Source of the DNA: an uncultured bacterium
Lineage (GTDB): Bacteria; Fidelibacterota; Marinisomatia; Marinisomatales; UBA1611
DNA: 53,316 nt
Assembly (NCBI GenBank): GCA_964586315.1
Contig: CAZPHE010000007.1
Location: 1-53,316, forward strand
Direction of reading: 5' to 3'
Shown: positions 8,259 through 17,870 of the stretch, piece after piece
Position numbering within the stretch: the first letter of the stretch is position 1
Layout: every line of letters starts with the position of its first letter
Position numbers and translations under genes: made by a program
Notes under the pieces: generated by a model
Told to the model about the DNA's origin: nothing
Databases searched by the model: none
What the model saw: the letters and a program-made list of their open reading frames with translations, nothing else

Positions 8259-10805
8259 ATGAAAAATATCAATTACAATACAACGTTTAACCTTTTATTT
8301 GTTTTTATACATATTCTGTATGGTCATAAGGATCATAAAAATAAACCTGCAATGCCCGCAATCGGTATCGTTCAAGGTATTATTCTTGATTCTACTTCAT
8401 CCGAACCCATTGAATATGCCTCGATATCATTAGTAGAACTTGAGCACAATGAACTTATCACCGGAGGGCTTACTGATAAAAATGGCGCACTTAATATCAC
8501 AGGAATACCACTAGGAAAATACGTAGCAGTTATAGAATTCATTGGATATAAAAAGAAAGAAATTGGACCTATCAACCTTTACCCTGGAGAAGGGGCTGGA
8601 ATACGTCATAATTTTGGTAAAGTAAAACTAAATATTTCTGCCGTAAACATGAGTGAAGTCGAAGTTGTTGGTGAAGAGAGTACCTTTATTCAGACTATTG
8701 ACAAAAAAATATTTAATGTAGGTCGAGATTTATCTTTATCTGGTGGCACAGGTTCAGACGTATTGAGAAAAGTACCATCTGTTGATGTTGACATTGATGG
8801 TGTTGTTACTATTGCTGGTGATGCCAATGTAACTATTCTTATTGATGGTAAACGTAGTGGTAGAACAGGTAGTGGCAGACGTGGTGAAGTTGAAAATTTA
8901 TCTGCCTCAATGATAGATAAAGTTGAGGTAATAACAAATCCCTCAGCAAAGTATGATCCCGATGGTGTTGGTGGAATTATAAATATTGTAATGAAACGGG
9001 GAGCTTTAGACGGATTTAATGGTACTGTTTCCATGATGCAGGGCGAATACAATAAACAGAACTATAATGGCAATCTAAACTATCGAACAAATAAATATAA
9101 CCTTTTTACTAATGCTAATTTTCGGACTGGGGATAGAGTTGGAGATGGTCTTAGACAATTTGATTATATCTATTCACTCGATAGAATAGAATCGATTTAT
9201 ACAAATACCAGTCGTACTCGAACCCCAAAGAATTTTGGGTTACGATTTGGAGGCGATTACTATCCTTCAAAAGCCAGCACTATAGGTTATACATTTGATG
9301 TTTCAAAACATAATGAAAGAACTCAGCAAGAGTTTGACTACATAAAAAATACAATTAATCCAAATTTAATTGGTTTACTTACAACAACAGAACGAGATGA
9401 TGGTTTCCATATGGATCATGTTTTATCCTATGAAAACAAATACAATTCAGAAGTTCAATTACTGAAAGGATATGTCAGTTATTCTTACGAAATAGACGAT
9501 GTACATGAAACTGGAGATATGAATTCTGAATATGGTGCTAATTTTTCTGGAAATAGTACTACTGCAGATGAACACAATAATAATTTTACTGCCGCTGTTG
9601 ATTACGAAAACGAATTTGGGGAGAGACTAGGTTATGAAATTGGGGCAAAAGCTACAATTAGAGATTTTGAAAAGAATCTGACATATCTACAAGAAATTTA
9701 TGAAAATGATTATGAGGAAGATATTTATGCTGCATATATTGTCACTCGATATGATGTAACAGATCACTTCGGTTTTAAGTTTGGAGCTCGTGCTGAACAG
9801 GTCGAAACAATAGCAACTCTTAAGGGACCAGAACCAACTGAACATGATTCAATTAATATCCTCACCAAACTTTTTGATGATGGGATTGCACAATCACCTT
9901 TCAATAAAAACTATTTCAAAATTTACCCAAGTGCATTTTTACTTTATAAACTTACAGAAAGACAAACCATCCAATTTGGGTACTCTAAAAAAGTGAATAG
10001 ACCAAGTAGAAGAACAATTAGCCCATTCCCTGATAATACTCTGGATATTACTAGGTTACGAAATGGAAACCCTTATCTCAATCCAGAATACAGTGACGTA
10101 ATGGAGATAACATTTTCTAGTAACTCAAGAAAATTAAACTTGAATTTGTCAACATCATATAAAAACACAAAAGATGTAATCATGTGGTGGGACAGAGATT
10201 ATATTACTTTTGATTCCACTACCTACGAAATAATGTCATCAGGAAATGCTGATAATTCTATTAGTCAAAACTTTAGTGGAAATATTATGTATCGACCGAT
10301 GCCACTAGCAAGTATCATGGGTTGGGGTTGGGGTTGGAACTCTGTGCAAGAAGGAAGTGATGTAGATGGTGATGGGAAATCTAGAGGATTTGGCTTTGGA
10401 GGAAGATTAACTCTAAATATTCCAACAGTTGCAAGACTTGAACTTTCAGGAAATGGAAGAGCTCAAATGAGAATTTCTACTGGTACCATACCTTCTAATT
10501 ACAGAATTAACCTTGGCTTGCAGAAATCATTTCTACAAAACAAATTATCTGTAACCTTCAAAGTTGATGATATATTTCAAACAGGTAAATTTATTATTGA
10601 TACTGAAAATACCGTGACTAATTCTGAAACTGGTGAAGAATACATTCAAAATATGTATGCAGAGCGTCAACGGCAAAAACGTTTTTCCTCAATAGTCTTA
10701 AATTATAATTTTGGCAAACAACAAAAGAAAAGATGGAATAAAAGCAATTTTTCTGGACGATCTGGTGGCGGAATGGGTGGTGGCGGAATGGATATGGATT
10801 TTTGA
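8259..10805 (+). CDS. TonB-dependent outer-membrane receptor with N-terminal carboxypeptidase-regulatory-like domain
   Basis: GIILDSTSSEPIEYASI; plug motifs DVLRKVPSVDVD and IDKVEVITNPSAKYDPDGVGGIINIV; barrel motifs GNPYLNPE and LNYNFG. Confidence 0.92.
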   Translation: MKNINYNTTFNLLFVFIHILYGHKDHKNKPAMPAIGIVQGIILDSTSSEPIEYASISLVELEHNELITGGLTDKNGALNITGIPLGKYVAVIEFIGYKKKEIGPINLYPGEGAGIRHNFGKVKLNISAVNMSEVEVVGEESTFIQTIDKKIFNVGRDLSLSGGTGSDVLRKVPSVDVDIDGVVTIAGDANVTILIDGKRSGRTGSGRRGEVENLSASMIDKVEVITNPSAKYDPDGVGGIINIVMKRGALDGFNGTVSMMQGEYNKQNYNGNLNYRTNKYNLFTNANFRTGDRVGDGLRQFDYIYSLDRIESIYTNTSRTRTPKNFGLRFGGDYYPSKASTIGYTFDVSKHNERTQQEFDYIKNTINPNLIGLLTTTERDDGFHMDHVLSYENKYNSEVQLLKGYVSYSYEIDDVHETGDMNSEYGANFSGNSTTADEHNNNFTAAVDYENEFGERLGYEIGAKATIRDFEKNLTYLQEIYENDYEEDIYAAYIVTRYDVTDHFGFKFGARAEQVETIATLKGPEPTEHDSINILTKLFDDGIAQSPFNKNYFKIYPSAFLLYKLTERQTIQFGYSKKVNRPSRRTISPFPDNTLDITRLRNGNPYLNPEYSDVMEITFSSNSRKLNLNLSTSYKNTKDVIMWWDRDYITFDSTTYEIMSSGNADNSISQNFSGNIMYRPMPLASIMGWGWGWNSVQEGSDVDGDGKSRGFGFGGRLTLNIPTVARLELSGNGRAQMRISTGTIPSNYRINLGLQKSFLQNKLSVTFKVDDIFQTGKFIIDTENTVTNSETGEEYIQNMYAERQRQKRFSSIVLNYNFGKQQKKRWNKSNFSGRSGGGMGGGGMDMDF

Positions 10806-10806
10806 A

Positions 10807-12507
10807 CTAAGGAAGTCTAATACGTTCAACCATGTTCTTTATTTCTTCAGGTGGTTGGGGATTGTTTTTTGAGACAATATAAGCAATAACAAAATTAATC
10901 ATTGCTCCAACTGCCCCAAATGCATTGGGTTCAATTCCTAAAAACCAATTTGGCTCCATATTACCAAGAAAAGAAGTTGATTGAATAAACATGATGCCCT
11001 TATGCTGAAAAACATACAAAAGAGTCACCCCAATTCCTGCGAGCATCCCTGCAATGGCACCTTCTTTATTTATTGTTTTTGAAAAAATACCCATCATCAA
11101 TGCTGGGAAAATTGATGATGCTGCCAAACCAAAAGCTAATGCAACAGTACCAGCAGCGAAATCAGGTGGATTAAATCCAAAATAACCTGCAACCACAATA
11201 GAACCTGCCATCGCAACACGGCTGGCTTTGAGTTCATCTTTCTCAGAAATATTTGGTTTAAAAACTCCTTTTAATAGATCATGGGATATTGCAGATGAAA
11301 TTGCCAAAAGTAGACCTGCAGCAGTAGATAAAGCAGCTGCCAATCCACCTGCAGCAACCAAAGCAATTATCCAGTTTGGAAGACCGGCAATTTCAGGATT
11401 AGCAAGAACCATAATATCACGATCCACTTTAATCATCTCATTATCTTGAGTACCTGAATATTGGATTAACCCATCTTTATTTTTATCTTCAAATTTTAAA
11501 AGACCTGTTTTCTCCCAATTTCTAAACCAAGAAGGTCTTTCTTCATAGGCTAGATTTTGTTCGTAGTTTGGTCGATCAATAGTAGTCATTAGATTAAGCC
11601 TTGCCATCGCAGCAACTGCAGGAGCAGTAGTATACAAAATCGCAATAAAAACCAAAGCCCATCCTGCAGATGAGCGAGCAGATTTCACAGATGGGACCGT
11701 AAAAAATCGCATAATTACATGAGGCAGACCAGCTGTTCCAATCATTAGGGAAAGTGTATAAAAAAACATATTAAATAAACTTAGACGTGCATTCGTTGTG
11801 TATTCTTGAAAACCCAGTTCTTTAACAACCTGATCTAATTTATCTAATAAGTATGAACCATCTTCCAAGGTTCCGCCTAGACCAAATTGAGGAATTGGAT
11901 TACCTGTAAGCATAAAAGAAATAAAAATGGCAGGAATAGTATAGGCAATGATCATAATAACATATTGGGCAATCTGGGTATAAGTAATTCCTTTCATTCC
12001 TCCCATAACAGCGTATATAAAAACAATAGCCATACCAACCATGAGACCTTGCTCGTAGTCCACTTCCAAAAATCGAGAAAAAGCAACCCCTATACCTTTC
12101 ATCTGACCAATTACATAGGTTACTGAAGCAATAATGAGGCATAGTACTGCAACCACCCTAGCTGTTTTTGAATAATAACGGTCACTAATAAATTGGGGGA
12201 CAGTAAAAGAACCATGTTTTCTCAAGTATGGTGCAAGTAAGAGTGCTAATAGTACATAACCACCAGTCCAACCCATTAAGAATACTGAACCGCCATAACC
12301 AAAGAAAGCAATTAATCCTGCCATGGAAATGAATGAAGCAGCAGACATCCAGTCTGCTGCAGTTGCCATTCCATTTGCTACTGGATGTATATCACCTCCA
12401 GCAACATAGAATTCCGTCGTGCTCCCTGCTCTAGCCCAAAAAGCAATTCCTATGTATATCAAAAAAGTGATCCCCACAATTAAAAATGTTAGAGTTTGAA
12501 GTTCCAT
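10807..12507 (-). CDS. Sodium:solute symporter, ActP-like (cation/acetate)
   Basis: Motifs EFYVAG, NGMATAADWMSAASF, GTAGLPHVIMRFFTVP and AALSTAAGLL; paired with DUF4212. Confidence 0.9.
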   Translation of the reverse strand: MELQTLTFLIVGITFLIYIGIAFWARAGSTTEFYVAGGDIHPVANGMATAADWMSAASFISMAGLIAFFGYGGSVFLMGWTGGYVLLALLLAPYLRKHGSFTVPQFISDRYYSKTARVVAVLCLIIASVTYVIGQMKGIGVAFSRFLEVDYEQGLMVGMAIVFIYAVMGGMKGITYTQIAQYVIMIIAYTIPAIFISFMLTGNPIPQFGLGGTLEDGSYLLDKLDQVVKELGFQEYTTNARLSLFNMFFYTLSLMIGTAGLPHVIMRFFTVPSVKSARSSAGWALVFIAILYTTAPAVAAMARLNLMTTIDRPNYEQNLAYEERPSWFRNWEKTGLLKFEDKNKDGLIQYSGTQDNEMIKVDRDIMVLANPEIAGLPNWIIALVAAGGLAAALSTAAGLLLAISSAISHDLLKGVFKPNISEKDELKASRVAMAGSIVVAGYFGFNPPDFAAGTVALAFGLAASSIFPALMMGIFSKTINKEGAIAGMLAGIGVTLLYVFQHKGIMFIQSTSFLGNMEPNWFLGIEPNAFGAVGAMINFVIAYIVSKNNPQPPEEIKNMVERIRLP

Positions 12508-12513
12508 ATTATT

Positions 12514-12897
12514 TTAAATATCTACTCCATATTTTTTATCTATTTCTCCTATTTTATGGGCATAATAGAAAATAAGGAAAACAAATATATATATTGAACC
12601 CTGTTGTGCAAACCAAAAGCCCAATTTAAAACCACCTAATCGGATAAAATTCAAATATTCAACAAATAAAATACCAAATCCATATGATACAATAAACCAC
12701 ATAACCAAACATCTTATGATTAGATTAATATTTTCATTCCAGTAACTATGATTACTTTTTTTAAATAAACTAGAGATTCTTTTTATATCGAAGGGTCTTA
12801 TAATTTTAGAATCTGGTTTGTTTCCCCCAATTATTAACCATCTAAGGAAATTAGAAAATTCTATTAACCAAATAAGAAATTTTATTAATTGATTCAT
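12514..12897 (-). CDS. DUF4212 small membrane partner of the symporter
   Basis: YWNENINLI...GGFKLGFWFAQQGSIYIF...DKKYGV. Confidence 0.88.
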   Translation of the reverse strand: MNQLIKFLIWLIEFSNFLRWLIIGGNKPDSKIIRPFDIKRISSLFKKSNHSYWNENINLIIRCLVMWFIVSYGFGILFVEYLNFIRLGGFKLGFWFAQQGSIYIFVFLIFYYAHKIGEIDKKYGVDI

Positions 12898-12908
12898 AAT
12901 ATTCTTAT

Positions 12909-13052
12909 TTATTTGAGTCTAGTAAATAATTTTAGTTGTCGATTCCCAAAAGATAGTAATACGGCAACAATAACATAAGCTATAGGACAAACACTTGAAA
13001 AACCAAAATTCCAAGGATACACACCAAGTAGCCAAATAAAATAAACACTCAT
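12909..13052 (-). CDS. Small hydrophobic protein (47 aa), possibly degenerate
   Basis: Not in the track. MSVYFIWLLGVYPWNFGFSSVCPIAYVIVAVLLSFGNRQLKLFTRLK*; co-oriented and ending 11 nt before DUF4212. Confidence 0.45.
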   Translation of the reverse strand: MSVYFIWLLGVYPWNFGFSSVCPIAYVIVAVLLSFGNRQLKLFTRLK

Positions 13053-13111
13053 GATATCTTAATATTACATAAAATAATTGTAGGTACAGATTTTTAAAAA
13101 TTCAATTATAA

Positions 13112-13705
13112 TTATGCTTCTGGAAAATAATTTTTAGAAGGTTTAACTCCACTTTGTAGAATTTTAATAAATAAATTATTTATAAAACTTAATCGTTTAT
13201 CCTCACTCTCGATTGATATCAGGTCTTTCTTTACAGTTAGTGGTATTTGAAATGCCTGTAGAAATTCATAGGAGATTTTCTTTCCCATATGAATTTCTAA
13301 ATCTGCATTAATACCAAAACTTAATAGAATCTTTAAGTAAGAATTTTGTAATTCTTCAAGTAGATTGTTATTTTCTTCTATTCTTAGAGGACTATATCTA
13401 ATTTGACCAATGACTGTATCGCCTTCCATTTCAGTGCCAATAACACTAAATGGTTCTAAGCCTCTTACCATGATATCGTATTCGCCATTTTGGTATTCCT
13501 TAAAAACTTCAATCACTTTAACCTTACATCCTTTTTTAAAAACATCTTCTCCTTGACGAAGTATAATGCCAAATGGAAGATTTTCTTCAATCGCATTTTT
13601 TACCATTTTTTTATAGCGCGGCTCAAAAATATGTAATGGTAGACTCTCATATGGTAACAAAACTAATTCTAAAGGGAAAAGTGGTAGTTTGAGTATGTTA
13701 TTTAT
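13112..13705 (-). CDS. Lon protease N-terminal substrate-binding-domain protein
   Basis: LPLFPLELVLLPYESLPLHIFEPRYKKM signature. The LPLFPL motif lies upstream of the track's TTG (13660), and the frame is open up to ATA 13705. Confidence 0.85.
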   Translation of the reverse strand: MNNILKLPLFPLELVLLPYESLPLHIFEPRYKKMVKNAIEENLPFGIILRQGEDVFKKGCKVKVIEVFKEYQNGEYDIMVRGLEPFSVIGTEMEGDTVIGQIRYSPLRIEENNNLLEELQNSYLKILLSFGINADLEIHMGKKISYEFLQAFQIPLTVKKDLISIESEDKRLSFINNLFIKILQSGVKPSKNYFPEA

Positions 13706-13986
13706 ATTTTAACCTTAGTAGTTTTTAGTTCCATTTTATTTTATAAAAGTTACACCAATATGTTAATAACAGTAATACCTAACATCAAACTAAACTTGTA
13801 ATATTTAAAGCATGTTCTATACTTCAAAAAAATATAATATTTATTTTTTCAAGACTAAAACATTAATAAAACTGATCAAATTAAAAATAGATTTATTATT
13901 TATAAAACAATTCGAATTAAAGATCATAATTCTTATTAAAATTATATTTTTTGTTAATTTTAGAAAAATATTAGCAATATGTTGAT

Positions 13987-14118
13987 ATGAAATTCAAAAA
14001 AGAAATTACATTAGTATCTAAATATTTTTTTCATACCTTTTTAAAATGGGCAATCCCAATAATCTTAATTCTTTGCCTTATTTTTATGACATCATATTTA
14101 ATAAAATTTTTCCAATAA
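13987..14118 (+). CDS. Small single-pass membrane protein (43 aa)
   Basis: Not in the track. MKFKKEITLVSKYFFHTFLKWAIPIILILCLIFMTSYLIKFFQ*; ends 10 nt before the MFS gene. Confidence 0.5.
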   Translation: MKFKKEITLVSKYFFHTFLKWAIPIILILCLIFMTSYLIKFFQ

Positions 14119-14128
14119 TATCATTCTT

Positions 14129-15352
14129 ATGATCAAATTATTAAAAAACTCAACATTTATGTTATTTTTTTCAGGTAATGTAATCTCATTGATTGGTTTT
14201 GGGTTTAATCTGATCGCTATTAGCTGGATGGTTTTAGAGAAGACGGGATCAGAATATGCACTAGGGAAAGTTATGGCATCAGCTACAGTCCCTGGTTTAA
14301 TCCTTGCGCTATTTGCAGGAATAATTATTGATAGAGTTAATCGAAAATGGTTACTTGTTACGTTAGATATTTTCAGAATGATAGTTGTAATGATATTTCT
14401 AATTATTTTGAGATTCTATGATTTCCATCTCTGGTTCATTTATCCAGTTGTTATTTTTTTGGGCTTAGGCAATTCTTTGTTTTGGCCTACCGCACAAGCA
14501 TTCGTACAAGAATTAGTGATTGAAAAAGAGTACTTTAATGCAAATAAACTACTTTCAGCAAGTTACCAAGTTGGCTCAATCCTTGGTGCGGGTATGGGTG
14601 GTTTCATTGTCCATTTATATAATCCAAAAGTTGCATTATGGTTCAATGTGGGAACTTACTTCATATCAAGCATATTGATTGCTTTGGCACCCTTCAAATT
14701 TGTAGCACAATCTAAAAAAACAAACAATATTTATCATGCAATTGTAAAGGGGTTTAATTTTTTAAAACATCGATATGATGTTTTGGTCTTAGGATTAACT
14801 ACTATATTATCTGATGTTGCAATTTGGGGTTCACTCTCGGTATTAACGATTACTATTTCAAAAGAAATCTTTAAGAAAGGCAGCTGGGGTTATGGTCTTA
14901 TGGATGGCTTATATGGTATTGGAGCACTTTTTTCAACTATCCTTGTAGGTTATATGATAAAAAATATAGGTCGTGCAAATTATCTGTTATTTTGTTATGG
15001 GATAGCAGGTATTATGTGTTTAATTACCCCCTTTATGCCTAATATATATCTAGCTGCAATAGTTTATTTTATAATGGGATTACATAATAATTCAGCACGA
15101 ATTATAATTAGAACTATCTTTATGGAAAATATCCCAAACAAAATTATGGGCAGAGTTCAAACTATACTTGGAGTATATACAAGAGGTATGGTTGTACTAA
15201 GTTCTTTATACGCTGGTTGGTTTATTGAGTATAAAAACATTATAATAGGAATTAATTTTACTTTTTTACATTTTATTATTGCCTTTATTGGCACCTTAGC
15301 AGTAATGAATCTATTGAAAAAACCCAATAATATTTTAACTGAGATTTCTTGA
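14129..15352 (+). CDS. MFS transporter (DHA3/MFS_3-like)
   Basis: About 12 hydrophobic segments; motif A GIIIDRVNRK; IPNKIMGRV. Confidence 0.88.
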   Translation: MIKLLKNSTFMLFFSGNVISLIGFGFNLIAISWMVLEKTGSEYALGKVMASATVPGLILALFAGIIIDRVNRKWLLVTLDIFRMIVVMIFLIILRFYDFHLWFIYPVVIFLGLGNSLFWPTAQAFVQELVIEKEYFNANKLLSASYQVGSILGAGMGGFIVHLYNPKVALWFNVGTYFISSILIALAPFKFVAQSKKTNNIYHAIVKGFNFLKHRYDVLVLGLTTILSDVAIWGSLSVLTITISKEIFKKGSWGYGLMDGLYGIGALFSTILVGYMIKNIGRANYLLFCYGIAGIMCLITPFMPNIYLAAIVYFIMGLHNNSARIIIRTIFMENIPNKIMGRVQTILGVYTRGMVVLSSLYAGWFIEYKNIIIGINFTFLHFIIAFIGTLAVMNLLKKPNNILTEIS

Positions 15353-15354
15353 CA

Positions 15355-16173
15355 ATGCCTGAATTACCTGAAGTTCAAACTGTAGTTAATCATCTCAGAG
15401 ATGATTTGATTGGAGAAAAAATATTGTCCATTACTCCAATATGGCCCAAAGTATTACATAACTTTTCTCCAAAAGATATCAATACTGAAAATGATAATAC
15501 AAGAATCCTTGATGTATTTCGTCGTGCAAAATTCATAATTATTCAACTCGAAGAAAAAATTCTTGCTGTACATTTAAGAATGACAGGAAAACTTTACTTA
15601 TCAAAAAAAAAATTCCCAAAACATGTTACAGCCTTTCTAAAACTTAGCAATAATAAAAAGATTGTATTTTATGATATTAGAAAATTTGGCAGGTTTTATT
15701 TGTTTGATAATCTTGATCCAATAAATAATAGGCATGGACCAGAACCTCTTGATGATGCTTTCACAGTAGATTTATTTTTTGAATCTATCTATAATAAAAA
15801 ACGTCGTATCAAAGCTCTACTTCTTGATCAATCATTTTTATCAGGTCTTGGTAATATCTATGTTGATGAAAGCCTTTGGCATAGTGGAATCCATCCTAAT
15901 TCAATATCAAATAATATACCAAAGAGCAAAATAAAAATCTTGCATAAAAATATTCGTAAAATTCTTAAAAATGCGATTAATAAGAAAGGAACAACAATTA
16001 TAGATTTTTATGTTAACGGAGAATCGGGAAAATATTCACATGATTTATGTATTTATGGCAAAATTGGAGAACCATGTACAAAATGTGGAAATAAAATAGA
16101 AAAGTTGCGAATTGCCGGTAGAGGGACTTATATATGTCAAAAATGTCAAAAACTTTATAAAAAAAAATTATGA
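15355..16173 (+). CDS. mutM: Formamidopyrimidine-DNA glycosylase
   Basis: N-terminal MPELPEV, HLRMTG, DIRKFG, LLDQ...GLGNIYVDE and a C-terminal CxxC..CxxC zinc finger. Confidence 0.97.
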   Translation: MPELPEVQTVVNHLRDDLIGEKILSITPIWPKVLHNFSPKDINTENDNTRILDVFRRAKFIIIQLEEKILAVHLRMTGKLYLSKKKFPKHVTAFLKLSNNKKIVFYDIRKFGRFYLFDNLDPINNRHGPEPLDDAFTVDLFFESIYNKKRRIKALLLDQSFLSGLGNIYVDESLWHSGIHPNSISNNIPKSKIKILHKNIRKILKNAINKKGTTIIDFYVNGESGKYSHDLCIYGKIGEPCTKCGNKIEKLRIAGRGTYICQKCQKLYKKKL

Positions 16174-16754
16174 ACAATATTCCAATAGTTTTAAATCAAG
16201 AATGGTCACAACTAAAAAAGGGAATAACGTTTGCAGATCACGATTATCATTCTTTTGTTATATCAACTATTCGAGAAAATAGACCTGAATCTAGAACTGT
16301 TATTCTTAGAGATATCGATGATAAAACACCCTCTATTGCTTTCCATTCGGACTTAAGAAGTAAAAAAATCCAAGATATTAATAAAAATAATAATTTATCT
16401 GCACTTTTCTATGATCGATCAAGAAGAATACAGTTAAGGATTTCAGGTTCTGGAAAGGTTCAAAACAATAATAAGACAACCAAAAAAATTTGGAAATTAA
16501 TGAGACCCGAAAGCAAACTTTGTTATATGGGACCCTTTTCTCCATCTGACGCGCTAAAAACTTTTAAACCGAATCTTCCAAAACATAATGCACAGGATAT
16601 TACTCCGAAAAATGATATAATGGGTTATAATCGATTTTGTCGTGTTTTAATAAATATAAAAAGATTGGATTGGCTATATCTTCATCACACAGGTCATCAA
16701 AGACTCCTTTTCAATTTTGGAGAAAAGATATCATTTAAATGGATTGCAGCCTAA
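16170..16754 (+). CDS. Pyridoxamine 5'-phosphate oxidase-like FMN-binding protein
   Basis: PESRTVILR, FHSDLRSKK, IQLRISG, DWLYL..GHQR. Confidence 0.85.
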   Translation: MNNIPIVLNQEWSQLKKGITFADHDYHSFVISTIRENRPESRTVILRDIDDKTPSIAFHSDLRSKKIQDINKNNNLSALFYDRSRRIQLRISGSGKVQNNNKTTKKIWKLMRPESKLCYMGPFSPSDALKTFKPNLPKHNAQDITPKNDIMGYNRFCRVLINIKRLDWLYLHHTGHQRLLFNFGEKISFKWIAA

Positions 16755-16771
16755 TAATTCAAATTAAAATA

Positions 16772-17869
16772 ATGAAACACATATATATATTAATCTTGTT
16801 AATATTTTTTTCTTGTACAACTATTTATAAAGGTGGTTATGCACAACCTAATTTTAGCTTAAAGCAACCAAATCAATTAAATGAAACCGTAGAAAATTGG
16901 GAAGATGCCTGTAGAACAACTGGTAAAAATTCAGAATTTGAATGGTGGTATTTCGATACAAAACTTGAAAACGGATCATTGCTTGTTTGTTATTTTTATA
17001 AAGTCCATTTCTTACAGGATAAATATTTTATAGGTTTGAATTATACCAAATCTAATGGTGAAAATATTTTTAAAATTAAATATTTTAAAAAAAATAGAGT
17101 TTCCTTTTCAAAAAATAATTGTAATGTAACAATGGGTAACAATTTTATTAGAGGTAATCTAAATACTTATCATATCAAATTAGATCCTGATGATTTTGAT
17201 GGTTTTGGCATTAATATTAAGTTGAATTCTTCAATTACTCCGTATCGTCCACAAGATGGTATTATAAAAGCTGGAAAAGATTATTTTGCATGGATAGCTG
17301 CTGTTCCAAATGGAAAAACTTCAGGTACATTATATATAAATAATACAGAAAATTATATTAAAGGCGATGGGTATCATGATCATAATTGGGGGAATTTACC
17401 TCTACAAAAATTATTTGATGGTTGGGTTTGGTTTAGAGGTACTGCAGGCGATTACACTATAATTGCTTCCCAATTGAATGTATCTGATGAAAGAGGGGGA
17501 TATGATATACCAATATTATTTGTTGCTAATAATAAAGATGTAATAATAAATCGATTTGCTGATAATGGTGTTTACATGAAAAAATCTAACTTAATTGATG
17601 GAGTTTATCCTATAAAAAATGAACCTTTATTTTCATCATTTAAATTTTTTACAGAAAATGGTGAACAAATTCATATCCATGGGAGAGATATGGTAGATAA
17701 CACAGACATATTAAAAAGAATGGGCATGATCTTACCATTTCGATGGGCATTCAATATTGCAAATATTGATCCTTATTATACACGATTTGATAGTGAGTTA
17801 GTTTTTATTGATAGTACAAATAGAAAATATTTTGGTAGTGGGTTTTTAGAAATCATGGATCTTAAATAG
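16772..17869 (+). CDS. Lipoprotein of the CrtC/AttH/tocopherol-cyclase-like (lipocalin-fold) superfamily
   Basis: Lipobox FFSC; motifs WED, FEWWYFD, GDGYHDHNWG and WVWFRG. Confidence 0.7.
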   Translation: MKHIYILILLIFFSCTTIYKGGYAQPNFSLKQPNQLNETVENWEDACRTTGKNSEFEWWYFDTKLENGSLLVCYFYKVHFLQDKYFIGLNYTKSNGENIFKIKYFKKNRVSFSKNNCNVTMGNNFIRGNLNTYHIKLDPDDFDGFGINIKLNSSITPYRPQDGIIKAGKDYFAWIAAVPNGKTSGTLYINNTENYIKGDGYHDHNWGNLPLQKLFDGWVWFRGTAGDYTIIASQLNVSDERGGYDIPILFVANNKDVIINRFADNGVYMKKSNLIDGVYPIKNEPLFSSFKFFTENGEQIHIHGRDMVDNTDILKRMGMILPFRWAFNIANIDPYYTRFDSELVFIDSTNRKYFGSGFLEIMDLK

Positions 17870-17870
17870 A

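Noticed and set aside
13721-13986. Longest AT-rich intergenic region, considered as origin, CRISPR leader or riboswitch
   Set aside because: No DnaA-box cluster, direct repeats or recognisable aptamer; it fits a divergent promoter region.
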